NCBI GenBank assembly: GCA_027622715.1 | Contig: JAQBYN010000002.1 | Location: forward strand, 6,682 to 70,681 | Direction of reading: 5' to 3' | DNA: 64,000 bases | Source of the DNA: Pseudomonadota bacterium | GTDB lineage: Bacteria > Pseudomonadota > Alphaproteobacteria > SHVP01 | Part shown: positions 18,572 to 27,673 of the stretch, piece after piece | Position numbering within the stretch: position 1 is the stretch's first letter | Layout: each line of letters begins with the position of its first letter | Made by a program: the position numbers and the translations under genes | Notes under the pieces: model-generated | Told to the model about the DNA's origin: nothing | Seen by the model: the letters and a program-made list of their open reading frames with translations, nothing else | Databases searched by the model: none

Positions 18572-19858
18572 GTGGCACACAAACAAGTCGACAGTCTGGT
18601 CGATCACCTCTTTCGACACAAAGCGGGGGAGATGGTTGCCATCCTTGCGCGCCACGTTGGCGTGCGGCATCTCGATCTTGTCGAGGATGTCGTCCAAGAG
18701 GCGCTGGCGCGAGCGATGCGCGATTGGCCGTTCAAGGGCATTCCGAGCGACCCGTCTGCGTGGCTCTACCAGGTCGCGCGCAATGCCGCGCTCGATACGA
18801 TCCGGCGCCGCGCGACCCGAGCGCGCTCGCAGGACGATGTCGTCGATCTTCTGTACACACGTCTAGCGACCGAAGGCGACCGGCCCTTCGCCGCGGAAAT
18901 CGCCGACGACCAGTTGCGCATGATTTTCGTCGCTTGCCACCCCGCGATTCCTGCGCCAGCGCGTGTTGCCTTGACCTTGAAAACTGTCGGCGGGTTTGGG
19001 GTGGGCGAGATCGCGCGCGCGTTTCTGGTGCCCGAGGCCACCGTTGCGCAGCGACTGGTGCGCGCCAAGCGTCTGATCGCCGATCAGGCCTTGCCCTATG
19101 CGGTGCCGGGCCCTGATGAGCTTGCCGAACGACTGAACTCGGTGGTCGATGTCCTCTACCTGATGTTCAACGAAGGCTATGGCGCTTCGGCCGGCGAAGA
19201 CCTGATCCGCTTCGATCTGTGCGCCGAGGCGGTGCGCCTTGCTGAAATCGTGGCGACGCATCCAGTGACCGAGACGCCGGAAACGTGCGCGCTGGTCGCC
19301 CTGATGCGGTTCCAGGGGGCGCGCCTGCCAGCGCGCCAGAATGCGGACGGCGAACTTCTTTTGTTGCCGGAACAGGATCGCGCCCGCTGGGATCGTGACT
19401 GGATTGAGCGCGGACTCTCCTTTCTCGACCGGTCCGCTGGCGGCGATGTTCTGACACGGTTGCACCTAGAGGCGGGCATTGCCGCGTGCCATGCCGTCGC
19501 CCCGGATTATGCCAGCACCGATTGGACCACCATCGCGCGCCATTACGCGGCGTTGGTCACGCTCGATGCCTCGCCCGTTCTGGTTCTTAATCAAGCGGTC
19601 GCCGTGGCCGAGTTGGACGGGGCTCAGGCCGGGCTAGCGATTGCCCAACGTGTCGCGGATGCACCGGCCCTGCGAGACTATTATCTGTTACCGGCGACGC
19701 TGGGCGAACTCCATCGCCGCCTCGGCCATAACGCTGAAGCCGCCGCAGCCTTTGAGCGCGCCCTAGCGCTATCGCGCGCCGAGCCGGTACGCCGTTTTAT
19801 CAAGAAGCGCTTGGTGGAAGTGTCGGAACGCGAACCGCTAGGCGTCGATAACGCGTAG
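18572..19858 (+). CDS. ECF42 RNA polymerase sigma factor with C-terminal TPR extension
   Basis: EDVVQEAL, WLYQVARN, IADDQLRMIFVACHP, EIARAFLVPEATVAQRLVRAK, LYLMFNEGY, QDRARWDR; DGPF neighbour. Confidence 0.92.
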   Translation: MAHKQVDSLVDHLFRHKAGEMVAILARHVGVRHLDLVEDVVQEALARAMRDWPFKGIPSDPSAWLYQVARNAALDTIRRRATRARSQDDVVDLLYTRLATEGDRPFAAEIADDQLRMIFVACHPAIPAPARVALTLKTVGGFGVGEIARAFLVPEATVAQRLVRAKRLIADQALPYAVPGPDELAERLNSVVDVLYLMFNEGYGASAGEDLIRFDLCAEAVRLAEIVATHPVTETPETCALVALMRFQGARLPARQNADGELLLLPEQDRARWDRDWIERGLSFLDRSAGGDVLTRLHLEAGIAACHAVAPDYASTDWTTIARHYAALVTLDASPVLVLNQAVAVAELDGAQAGLAIAQRVADAPALRDYYLLPATLGELHRRLGHNAEAAAAFERALALSRAEPVRRFIKKRLVEVSEREPLGVDNA

Positions 19859-21100
19859 GCGCGAGACGTTAGAGGTCAGCGCCTCGAACCCGTCTTTGGT
19901 AACGCGGATCGTGTCTTCGAGATGCAAGGTGCCCCAGCCGAGTTCGAAGTAGGGCATGTCGATGTTGATCACCATGTTCTCTTGGAGCACGAAGTCGAAC
20001 TCGCCGCCCGCGTACACGTCGTCGCCTAACGGCAAGGGGTTGTCGGTGTGCTCCAGCCCGAGACTATGGGGCGACACATAGAAGTATTCCGGAAAACCGC
20101 TTTTCTGAATCACGCCAATGGTCTTTTCGGTCAGCGCGCTGCGGGTGATGCCGGGCCGGATCATCTCGCAAGCGGCCTCCCACCCGGTTTCCATCGCGCG
20201 GGCCCGGCGCAGCAATTCCTCTGACGGCTCGCCGACCACCAACGTGCGGCCGATGTCGCCGAGGTAGTGGTCATATTCGGCCAGCGAATCGAGAAACATG
20301 GCTTCGCCTGGCACCACCTTGCCGTGCGGCAGGCCGCCCAACGTGGTGACGATATAGCGGCCTTTGCCGTCGCGTTTTGAGACTTCGGTGAAGTAGGCGC
20401 GCTCGATGTCGGCCCAATCCGCACCGTCATGCACGATCGCGAGTGCGGCCTCGACGCCAGCCTCGTTGAGGATGGCCGCTTTGCGCATCAGGGCGATTTC
20501 GGCGTCAGACTTCACCATGCGGATTTCGCGGAAGATGTTGGTCGCCTCGATCGCGTCGATGCCGGGCAGGCCCATGTTGTTCATCCAGCCCAACACGCGT
20601 GGATCGTCGGTGCCGAGGCGCGCTTTTTCGAGCCCGGCGTCCTTCAGAATTCGACGCAGTCCCCAAGCCGGGGTTGCCGCCATGCGCGCCGCATGGTCCT
20701 TGGCGCGGTCGGCCCAAGTTTGCTCCAGCGGTGTGAGGGGGGCGCCGGCGCGGACCGGCCAACCGTTCCAGGCGGCGGGCTCGGGCTCGCCGGTTTTCGG
20801 ATCGACGCCTGCGTCGCCGGTGGAGCGCCCAGAATAGTCGGAGAACATCACAACGTTGGGCACCCAGGTCGGCGTGACCTCGGTTAGGCGTTCGGCATTG
20901 ATGGCGGCGTTGATGACAAGTCCGGCGGGCGCATTTTCGCGTCGCGGCAACACGGCGTAGCTGTTGAATGTCCAACCACCCGACGAGAACAAGTCCCAAT
21001 AGTCGGTCAGGTAATAGACATTGATCGCCGTTGAGGCGACGAGGCCATCAAGCCCATATTTGTCCATGACGGCATAGGCGCGGTCTTTGTTGAGCAGCAT
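19838..21100 (-). CDS. M24 (Xaa-Pro peptidase/creatinase fold) family protein
   Basis: NVYYLT, IRMVKSDAEIALMRKAA, YLGDIGRT, HSLGLEH, HLEDT. Confidence 0.9.
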   Translation of the reverse strand: MLLNKDRAYAVMDKYGLDGLVASTAINVYYLTDYWDLFSSGGWTFNSYAVLPRRENAPAGLVINAAINAERLTEVTPTWVPNVVMFSDYSGRSTGDAGVDPKTGEPEPAAWNGWPVRAGAPLTPLEQTWADRAKDHAARMAATPAWGLRRILKDAGLEKARLGTDDPRVLGWMNNMGLPGIDAIEATNIFREIRMVKSDAEIALMRKAAILNEAGVEAALAIVHDGADWADIERAYFTEVSKRDGKGRYIVTTLGGLPHGKVVPGEAMFLDSLAEYDHYLGDIGRTLVVGEPSEELLRRARAMETGWEAACEMIRPGITRSALTEKTIGVIQKSGFPEYFYVSPHSLGLEHTDNPLPLGDDVYAGGEFDFVLQENMVINIDMPYFELGWGTLHLEDTIRVTKDGFEALTSNVSRLRVIDA

Positions 21101-21127
21101 GAGCCCTCGTTATCTAGGCGCGGGAAA

Positions 21128-21925
21128 TTAGGCGAGCGTTCGGCTACGGCCGCCGTCGGTGAGGATCGAGGTGCCGGTGATGTTGCTAGCGGCATCCGAG
21201 CACAGGAACACAACGATACGCGCGACATCAACGGGATCGCCCATCGTTTTGAACGGGCTGTCTTTCGTGAAGTCAGCCTCGATTTCGGCGAGCGACTTGC
21301 CGGTGTCGCGCGACAGGTTGTCGAACAGCGTGGTGATGCGCCCGGTTTTGGTCGGGCCGGGGTTCACGGCGTTGACCGAAATACCGTCGGCGCCGACTTC
21401 GTCAGCCAGGCCCTTGGTGACGGCCAGCAGGGCGGCGTTAGAGGAGGAGCCGGGCAGCAGGCGCGGGTTCGGTTGTTTGCCAGTGTCGCCGACGATGGTA
21501 ACGATACGCCCGTATTTTTGTTGGCGCATCGCCGGAATGACGGCGCGCATCATCCGCACTGTGCCGAAGAACTTGAGCGCGAACGCGTCATCCCACACTT
21601 TGTCGGGGATCTCCCAAAAAATGCCGCCCTGTGCCGCACCGGCGCAATTGGCGAGGATGTCGATGCGCCCGAACTTGTCCAACGCCTGTTTGGCGATGGC
21701 GTCGGGCACAGCCGGGTCGGTCAAGTCGGCATAGATCGGCAAGAGGTCGCTGCAAAATGCTTTGGTCAGCTCGTCGCAGATCGGTTCCAACGGGTCTTCT
21801 TTGCGGGATACGAGAACCAGTTTGGTGCCCTCGCCAGCCATTTGCCGGGCGCTCTCGGCGCCGAGGCCGAGACTGCCGCCGGTGACGATGGCGACCTTGT
21901 CCTTGAGCTTGAGATCGAACGGCAT
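21128..21925 (-). CDS. SDR family oxidoreductase
   Basis: TGGSLGLG, LANCAG, VNAVNPGPTKT; the YxxxK position reads GSSSNAA (atypical subgroup). Confidence 0.88.
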   Translation of the reverse strand: MPFDLKLKDKVAIVTGGSLGLGAESARQMAGEGTKLVLVSRKEDPLEPICDELTKAFCSDLLPIYADLTDPAVPDAIAKQALDKFGRIDILANCAGAAQGGIFWEIPDKVWDDAFALKFFGTVRMMRAVIPAMRQQKYGRIVTIVGDTGKQPNPRLLPGSSSNAALLAVTKGLADEVGADGISVNAVNPGPTKTGRITTLFDNLSRDTGKSLAEIEADFTKDSPFKTMGDPVDVARIVVFLCSDAASNITGTSILTDGGRSRTLA

Positions 21926-21942
21926 GGCGCTGCTCCGTACTG

Positions 21943-23073
21943 TTAGGGCGCAAATTCCGCGCGCAACGCGGCATTGTGGGCGCCGAGCGACGGGATCGGT
22001 TTGGCGGGCAGGGGTTGATCGGATAGGCGAATGGGCGACGCGACAAGATCAATGTCGCCTGCGACCGAGCCAACCGTCATGCGGCGTAGTTGCGGGTGGT
22101 GCGAGAAATCTTCCACCGTGTTGACCGCGCCGTAAGCAATTTGCGCCGCCTCAAGTTTTCTTGAGATGTCGTCGCGCGTGTGCTGCGCGAACACCGTGCT
22201 CACCACGGCGTCCAACTGGGCGCGATGCGCGACCCGGTCCACGTTGGTGGCGAATTCCGGCTTGGTCGTTAACGATGGATTGCCGAGAACCTCGGCACAC
22301 AAGTTCGCCCATTCGCGCTGGTTCTGGATCGAAATGGCGACTGGCTTGTCGTCCTTGGTGTTGTAGGCGCCGTAGGGCGCGATGCCGGGGTGATTGAGGC
22401 CGACGCGGGCTGGTGGTTTGCCGGTGTGTTCTTGCAACAGCAGCGGCACCGTCATCCAGTCCGACAGCGCATCAAACAACGACACCTGCAGGCCGGTGCC
22501 ACGGCCGGTTTTCTCGCGTTGGAGGATTGCCTGGGTGATGCCCTGCACCGCGTACATCCCCGCGGCGATGTCGCACAAACTGACGCCAACGCGGGCGGGT
22601 TCTTCCGGGCCGCCGGTAATCGCGGCCAAGCCGGTCTCGCATTGGATAAGAAAATCGTACGCCTTCATATCGCGGTAGGGGCCGTTTTCGCCGTAACCAG
22701 ATATGTCGCAGGTGATGAGGCGCGGGTATTTGGTGCGTAGGTCGTCGGACCCAAGCCCGGCGCGGGCCGCGGCGCCTGGCGCCAGGTTCTGGATAAAGAC
22801 ATCGGCCTTGGCCAGCATGCGGTGGAGCATGGCGTTGTCGTCGGCGTTCTTGATGTTGGCGATCACCGATTCTTTGCCGCGGCTGAGCCAGACAAAATAC
22901 GCACTCAGTCCATTGACGGCGGTGTCGTAGGCGCGGGCGAAGTCGCCCTCGGCGCGTTCCACTTTGATCACCCGTGCGCCGGCATCGGCGAGGCGCGACG
23001 AACAAAACGGCGCGGCTACGGCTTGTTCGAGTGAGACGACGAGGACGCCGTCGAGCGGCGCGAATACCATCAA
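21943..23073 (-). CDS. CaiB/BaiF family III CoA-transferase
   Basis: EQAVAAPFCSSRLADAGARVIKVER, ADVFIQNLAPG, DISGYG..GPY..KAYD. Confidence 0.93.
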   Translation of the reverse strand: MMVFAPLDGVLVVSLEQAVAAPFCSSRLADAGARVIKVERAEGDFARAYDTAVNGLSAYFVWLSRGKESVIANIKNADDNAMLHRMLAKADVFIQNLAPGAAARAGLGSDDLRTKYPRLITCDISGYGENGPYRDMKAYDFLIQCETGLAAITGGPEEPARVGVSLCDIAAGMYAVQGITQAILQREKTGRGTGLQVSLFDALSDWMTVPLLLQEHTGKPPARVGLNHPGIAPYGAYNTKDDKPVAISIQNQREWANLCAEVLGNPSLTTKPEFATNVDRVAHRAQLDAVVSTVFAQHTRDDISRKLEAAQIAYGAVNTVEDFSHHPQLRRMTVGSVAGDIDLVASPIRLSDQPLPAKPIPSLGAHNAALRAEFAP

Positions 23074-24248
23074 TAGCTACGCGGCAGGCCGAGCACATGC
23101 TCGCCGATGAAGGCGAGGATGAGGTTGGTCGAGATCGGCGCGACCTGATACAGCCGGGTTTCGCGAAACTTGCGTTCGACATCGTATTCTGTGGCGAAGC
23201 CGAAGCCGCCGTGGGTCTGGACGCACATTTCGGCGGCCTCCCAGGCAGCTTCAGACGCGAGCATCTTGGCCATGTTGGCCTCTGCGCCGCAGGGGACGCC
23301 GGCGTCAAACTTACGCGCGGCGTCTTTGACCATGAGGTTTGCCGCTTCGATATGGGCGTAGGCGCGGGCAATCGGGAACTGGATACCCTGGTTCTGGCCG
23401 ATTGGACGGCCAAACACGCTGCGATCCTTGGCGTAGGCGGTTCCTTTGTCGATGAACCAGCGGCCATCACCAATGCATTCGTGTGCGATCAGGATGCGCT
23501 CGGCGTTCATCCCATCGATGATGTAGCGGAAGCCTTTGCCCTCGACGCCGATGAGGTTTTCGGCCGGCACCTCCATGTCGTCGAAGAACACTTCACACGA
23601 CGAATGGTTCATCATTGTCTCGAGCGGGCGGATGGTCAGGCCGTTGTTTTTTGCGGCCTGCATATCGACGACCATGACGGAGAGCCCGTCCGTACGCTTT
23701 TCCACCTGATCCTTCGGTGTCGTGCGTGCCAGCAACAGCATCAGGTCGGAATATTCGGCGCGGCTGGTCCACACCTTCTGGCCGTTGACGATATACTTGT
23801 CGCCCTTCTTCACCGCGGTTGTGCGCAATGAAAGGGTATCGGTGCCGCTTGTCGGTTCGGTCACGCCGAACGCCTGGAGACGTAGTGCGCCGCTGGCGAT
23901 CTTGGGCAACCAGCGCGCCTTCTGCTCTGGATTGCCGTGCCGCAAGATTGTGCCCATCGTGTACATCTGGGCGTGGCATGCGCCGCCGTTGCAGCCGGCG
24001 CGTTGAATTTCTTCGAGGATCGCGCCGGCATGGGTGATGTCGAGGCCGCTGCCGCCGTATTCTTCCGGAATTAGGCAGGCGAGGAAGCCTGACTCGGTCA
24101 GCGCCGTGACGAATTCCTGCGGGTAGGCTTTGACCCGATCCTTGTCGCGCCAATATTCGCCAGGAAAATCGGCGCACAGGGCACGGACCGCCTCGCGAAT
24201 TTGTTCAAGGTCTTCCGGTTCGCTTGCCATCTCGGCTACTGCGCTCAT
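23070..24248 (-). CDS. Acyl-CoA dehydrogenase
   Basis: IPEEYGGSG, FGVTEPTSGTD, NGQKVWTS, GMNAERI, QTHGGFGFATEYDVERKFRETRL. Confidence 0.94.
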   Translation of the reverse strand: MSAVAEMASEPEDLEQIREAVRALCADFPGEYWRDKDRVKAYPQEFVTALTESGFLACLIPEEYGGSGLDITHAGAILEEIQRAGCNGGACHAQMYTMGTILRHGNPEQKARWLPKIASGALRLQAFGVTEPTSGTDTLSLRTTAVKKGDKYIVNGQKVWTSRAEYSDLMLLLARTTPKDQVEKRTDGLSVMVVDMQAAKNNGLTIRPLETMMNHSSCEVFFDDMEVPAENLIGVEGKGFRYIIDGMNAERILIAHECIGDGRWFIDKGTAYAKDRSVFGRPIGQNQGIQFPIARAYAHIEAANLMVKDAARKFDAGVPCGAEANMAKMLASEAAWEAAEMCVQTHGGFGFATEYDVERKFRETRLYQVAPISTNLILAFIGEHVLGLPRSY

Positions 24249-24350
24249 GCCGTCATCCTGGGTTTTGTCGTGGGCCGGAGCCCGCTGCAACGGGCCGTGC
24301 TGTGGGCATTTACTACCAGCAACGGTGCCCAAGCGAAAGAACGGGTCGGC

Positions 24351-24905
24351 CTAGCCGCGATCGCCGCGGATCATCCGCATCAAGGTGCGGTCACGGTTGA
24401 TCACCAGATGCTTGGCCACGGCGCCGACGTGTACGACCAGAAGGATGAGTAGGACGGGCCGGGCCAGGGTCGCGTGGATCGCCTCGGCGGCGTTGTGCAG
24501 GTCGCGCGAGGCGCCGATCGGGCTGGGCACGCTGAACCAGCCGAAGACGTGAAGAGCGCCTTCGCGCCCGGTCCATTCGCCGACCGGCCCGGTCACGGCT
24601 AAACCGAAAATCGCCAGAAGGAGTGCCCAATGCACGACCTTGGCGGCGATCAATTGCCAGCGCGGGCCGGGTAGAGGCGGCGGAAACCCCTCGCGGACTC
24701 GCCAAAAGACGCGAAATAGGATGGGCAGGGCGGCCAGTGTGCCGATGGAGACATGAAGCGCCTGAAGTGCGGCGCGGTCCGGACCGCGCGGCATGTCGTG
24801 AAAAATCAGGCCGATGCCGAACAGCGCGAGCACGGCGCCGCCCACGATCCAGTGGTTGAGCCGGGAGACCAGCGCGTATCCTTGCGGGCCGTTTCGATCG
24901 GTCAT
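24351..24905 (-). CDS. Cytochrome b561 (CybB-like)
   Basis: Four TM helices with heme His residues (LNHW, LHVSIG, VHWAL, IH...VHV..V.KH); GAGG RBS. Confidence 0.88.
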   Translation of the reverse strand: MTDRNGPQGYALVSRLNHWIVGGAVLALFGIGLIFHDMPRGPDRAALQALHVSIGTLAALPILFRVFWRVREGFPPPLPGPRWQLIAAKVVHWALLLAIFGLAVTGPVGEWTGREGALHVFGWFSVPSPIGASRDLHNAAEAIHATLARPVLLILLVVHVGAVAKHLVINRDRTLMRMIRGDRG

Positions 24906-24983
24906 GTTGATGAACCTCACCCTTTGCGGACTGACACGGTCCGCGGCCGCCGATCCGTCGTGCCGCCGGAACATGCGCGAGAC

Positions 24984-25013
24984 AAAAAAAGAAGCGCCCG
25001 AAGGCGCCTCTTC
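24984..25013 (-). terminator. Rho-independent terminator
   Basis: GAAGAGGCGCC-TTCG-GGCGCTTC followed by T7 on the minus strand, just after the stop at 25038. Confidence 0.85.
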
Positions 25014-25037
25014 AATCACATAGTGTCGAGGAGGTCG

Positions 25038-25643
25038 CTACTTCGAAACCTCTTCAACAATCTTGTCGTAGTCTTTTTCCGTTTCGCCGCGCGTGATCTG
25101 GTCGAGCTCGACCTGAACGATGCGCAGGATGCGGGCGATGTAGTCGGCGCGCCACTGGGCCCGGAACGCCTCAGTGATGTCGTCCGGTTTGTAGTCTTCG
25201 ATCGCTTGATGCGAGGCCCACTTCTTACCCTGTGCAAGCCGCTCGTGGGTGTCGACACGCTCGCGGATCACCGACACTTCGCCGGTCAACGCCATAATCA
25301 TGGCAAGCAACTTGTCGATGTTAGGATCGTCGAAGAAATAAGGACGGCGGCCTTTGGCTGTACGGATGCGTTTGACCTTGGGCTCCGGATAAGCATGGCC
25401 CGGGATCCACTTGGTCGAGGAGGCCTTCGGTTTCGCCGCGCGTCGGGTTGATTTGCGGGCGGCCGCCTTCTTGGCCGGTTTTTTTACCGCCTTGCGCGCT
25501 GCTTTTTTCGCGGGTTTTCTCGCTGCTTTTTTGGCGACCTTACGAGTCGCTTTTTTCGCGGGTTTTCTCACTGCTTTCTTTGCAGCCTTTTTGGCTGGCC
25601 TTTTTGCCGCGCCCTTGGATTTCTTTTTCGCTGCCTTGGCCAT
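25038..25643 (-). CDS. Hypothetical protein with histone-H1-like (PAKK/AAKK) N-terminus and helical C-terminal domain
   Basis: GGAGG RBS; about 75 aa of K/A repeats, then AKGRRPYFFDDPNIDKLLAMIMALTGEVSVIRERVDTHERL. Confidence 0.85.
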   Translation of the reverse strand: MAKAAKKKSKGAAKRPAKKAAKKAVRKPAKKATRKVAKKAARKPAKKAARKAVKKPAKKAAARKSTRRAAKPKASSTKWIPGHAYPEPKVKRIRTAKGRRPYFFDDPNIDKLLAMIMALTGEVSVIRERVDTHERLAQGKKWASHQAIEDYKPDDITEAFRAQWRADYIARILRIVQVELDQITRGETEKDYDKIVEEVSK

Positions 25644-25811
25644 GTTGTTCCTCCCTATTGCAGGCGTCAGCGCCCCTCAAATTTCTCCGGATCATACGCT
25701 GGATAGGGCCTAGTTCAATACTGCGCACTGACATACGTCAATTCGTTGCCGGCGCTTCGAACGCATCGCGGGCTGTGCTAGTTTGCCCGGCCTTGAGGAG
25801 AGGGGCGATCT

Positions 25812-27437
25812 ATGGCGGACTACGACTACATTATTGTTGGCGCTGGCTCGGCCGGGTGCGTTCTGGCCAACCGCCTGTCCGAGGACCCTGCCAACCGGGT
25901 TCTGCTCCTCGAGGCTGGAGGACGCGACTGGAACCCAATCATTCATATCCCCCTGCTCGCCGGGGTCGCGTATTTCTCGAAGTCGATCAACTGGGGCTAC
26001 GACACCCAACCCGAACCGAACCTCAAGAACCGTGAACTGCATTGGCCGCGCGGCAAGGTGATCGGCGGATCGTCGTCGATCAACGGCATGATGTATGTCC
26101 GCGGCCAACCGCAGGACTACGAGACCTGGCGGCAAATGGGCAACGAGGGCTGGGACTACGCCAGCGTTCTACCCTACTTCAAACGCGCGGAGGGCCACGT
26201 CGAGAAGAAAGACTCGTCGTTTCATGGCACCGACGGCCCATGGAAGATCAAACGGGCCTATTCCGACAACCCGCTATATCACGCATTTTTCGGCGCCTGC
26301 CGCGCGGCAGGGCATCGCGAATCCGACGACTTTAACGGACGCCAGCAAGAGGGTTACCAGTGGCACGACTTTAACGTCGTGGGCGGCCGCCGTCAGAGTA
26401 CAGCGGTGGCCTTTCTGCGGCCGGCGATGAAGCGCCCCAATCTGCACGTCGAAACCCGTGCCCATGCGACACGGGTGTTGTTTGAAGGCAAGCGCGCCGT
26501 TGGTGTCGAATATGACTGGCACGGCACCCTCAAACAGGCCCGCGCGAGCCGCGAAGTTATTCTGAGCGGCGGCGCGATCAACTCGCCCGCACTGCTACAA
26601 CTCTCAGGGATCGGCGCTGCCCAACGGCTGCGCGACCTGGGCATCCCGGTGGTGCATGACTTGCCGGGCGTCGGCCAAAACCTGCAAGACCATATGGGCG
26701 TTTATGTTCAACACGAATGCCTGCAACCGATCACGATGTACAGGTGGTTCCGCCCTGACCGGGCGGTGCGCATGATGCTCCAGGTTATGCTCTTTGGGAC
26801 TGGCGTCGGCGCGGCCATCCCGCTGGAAGCGGGCCTGTTCGCCAAAACTCGGCCCGACCTGGAAACCCCCGATTTGCAAATATCGCTGGTACCCGGCCTC
26901 AATTTGGAAACGACCATGAAGGGGCAGGGGCAGCACGGCTTTCTAATTCATGTCTATCAGCTACGCCCGGAGAGCCGCGGCAGCATCGAGCTCAAGTCGG
27001 CCAACCCGTTCGACAAACCGTTGATGAAGCCGAATTACCTGTCCGCACCAAAGGATCTCGAGGTAACCCGCGAAGGCGTCAAAATCGTCCGCACCCTACT
27101 CGCTCAAGACGTCTTCAAGCCGTACTTGGGCAAAGCGATATCGCCGGCGCCAGGGGTGACGTCCGATGCCGACATTGAGGACTGGATTCGCGGCGGCGCT
27201 GAAACGGTGTTCCACCCGACCTCAAGCTGCAAGATGGGGATCGATCCCATGGCAGTGGTCGATCCGCAGCTGCGGGTGCACGGCATTCAAGGATTGCGGG
27301 TGGTCGATGCGTCGGTGATGCCGACAATCGATTCGGGCAATACGCAGGCGCCCACCGTGATGATCGCCGAAAAAGCCGCCGACATGATTCGGGGGCGCAC
27401 GCCGCTGCCCCAAGAAGATCCGTTCGCCGCATCCTAA
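25812..27437 (+). CDS. GMC oxidoreductase (choline dehydrogenase-like)
   Basis: VGAGSAGCVLANRLSE, PRGKVIGGSSSINGM, GQNLQDH, FHPTSSCKMG, GNTQAP. Confidence 0.94.
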   Translation: MADYDYIIVGAGSAGCVLANRLSEDPANRVLLLEAGGRDWNPIIHIPLLAGVAYFSKSINWGYDTQPEPNLKNRELHWPRGKVIGGSSSINGMMYVRGQPQDYETWRQMGNEGWDYASVLPYFKRAEGHVEKKDSSFHGTDGPWKIKRAYSDNPLYHAFFGACRAAGHRESDDFNGRQQEGYQWHDFNVVGGRRQSTAVAFLRPAMKRPNLHVETRAHATRVLFEGKRAVGVEYDWHGTLKQARASREVILSGGAINSPALLQLSGIGAAQRLRDLGIPVVHDLPGVGQNLQDHMGVYVQHECLQPITMYRWFRPDRAVRMMLQVMLFGTGVGAAIPLEAGLFAKTRPDLETPDLQISLVPGLNLETTMKGQGQHGFLIHVYQLRPESRGSIELKSANPFDKPLMKPNYLSAPKDLEVTREGVKIVRTLLAQDVFKPYLGKAISPAPGVTSDADIEDWIRGGAETVFHPTSSCKMGIDPMAVVDPQLRVHGIQGLRVVDASVMPTIDSGNTQAPTVMIAEKAADMIRGRTPLPQEDPFAAS

Positions 27438-27454
27438 GAAAGCAAGGACAGCTG

Positions 27455-27673
27455 ATGACCGACAAAAAAATAGAACCGCAGGACGTGAGCCGACTGGCTG
27501 AGCGTCTGCATGAAATGCCGATAGCCGATAGCCGCGCGGAGGCGTTGGCCGCTGAGCTCAACCAGCTCAACACAACCGCGCGCCGCGAAAGCCGCACGTT
27601 GGACTACGACGTTGACGCGTTGGGGTTCTCCGGGGTGTTGCAGAAGCTGAAGCGCCCGCGGCGGCAGGCATGA
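27455..27673 (+). CDS. Small amidase-associated protein (GatC/AtzG-like)
   Basis: AGGA RBS; 72 aa; helical pattern (DVSRLAERL...EALAAELNQL); ATGA overlap with the amidase. Confidence 0.65.
   Translation: MTDKKIEPQDVSRLAERLHEMPIADSRAEALAAELNQLNTTARRESRTLDYDVDALGFSGVLQKLKRPRRQA

Noticed and set aside
25440-25640. Short tandem-like DNA repeats as a possible CRISPR or VNTR
   Set aside because: They are degenerate codons for K/A peptide repeats; there is no repeat-spacer structure and no cas gene.
25812-27437. betA gene symbol
   Set aside because: GMC motifs do not define the substrate, and there is no betB or betI neighbour.
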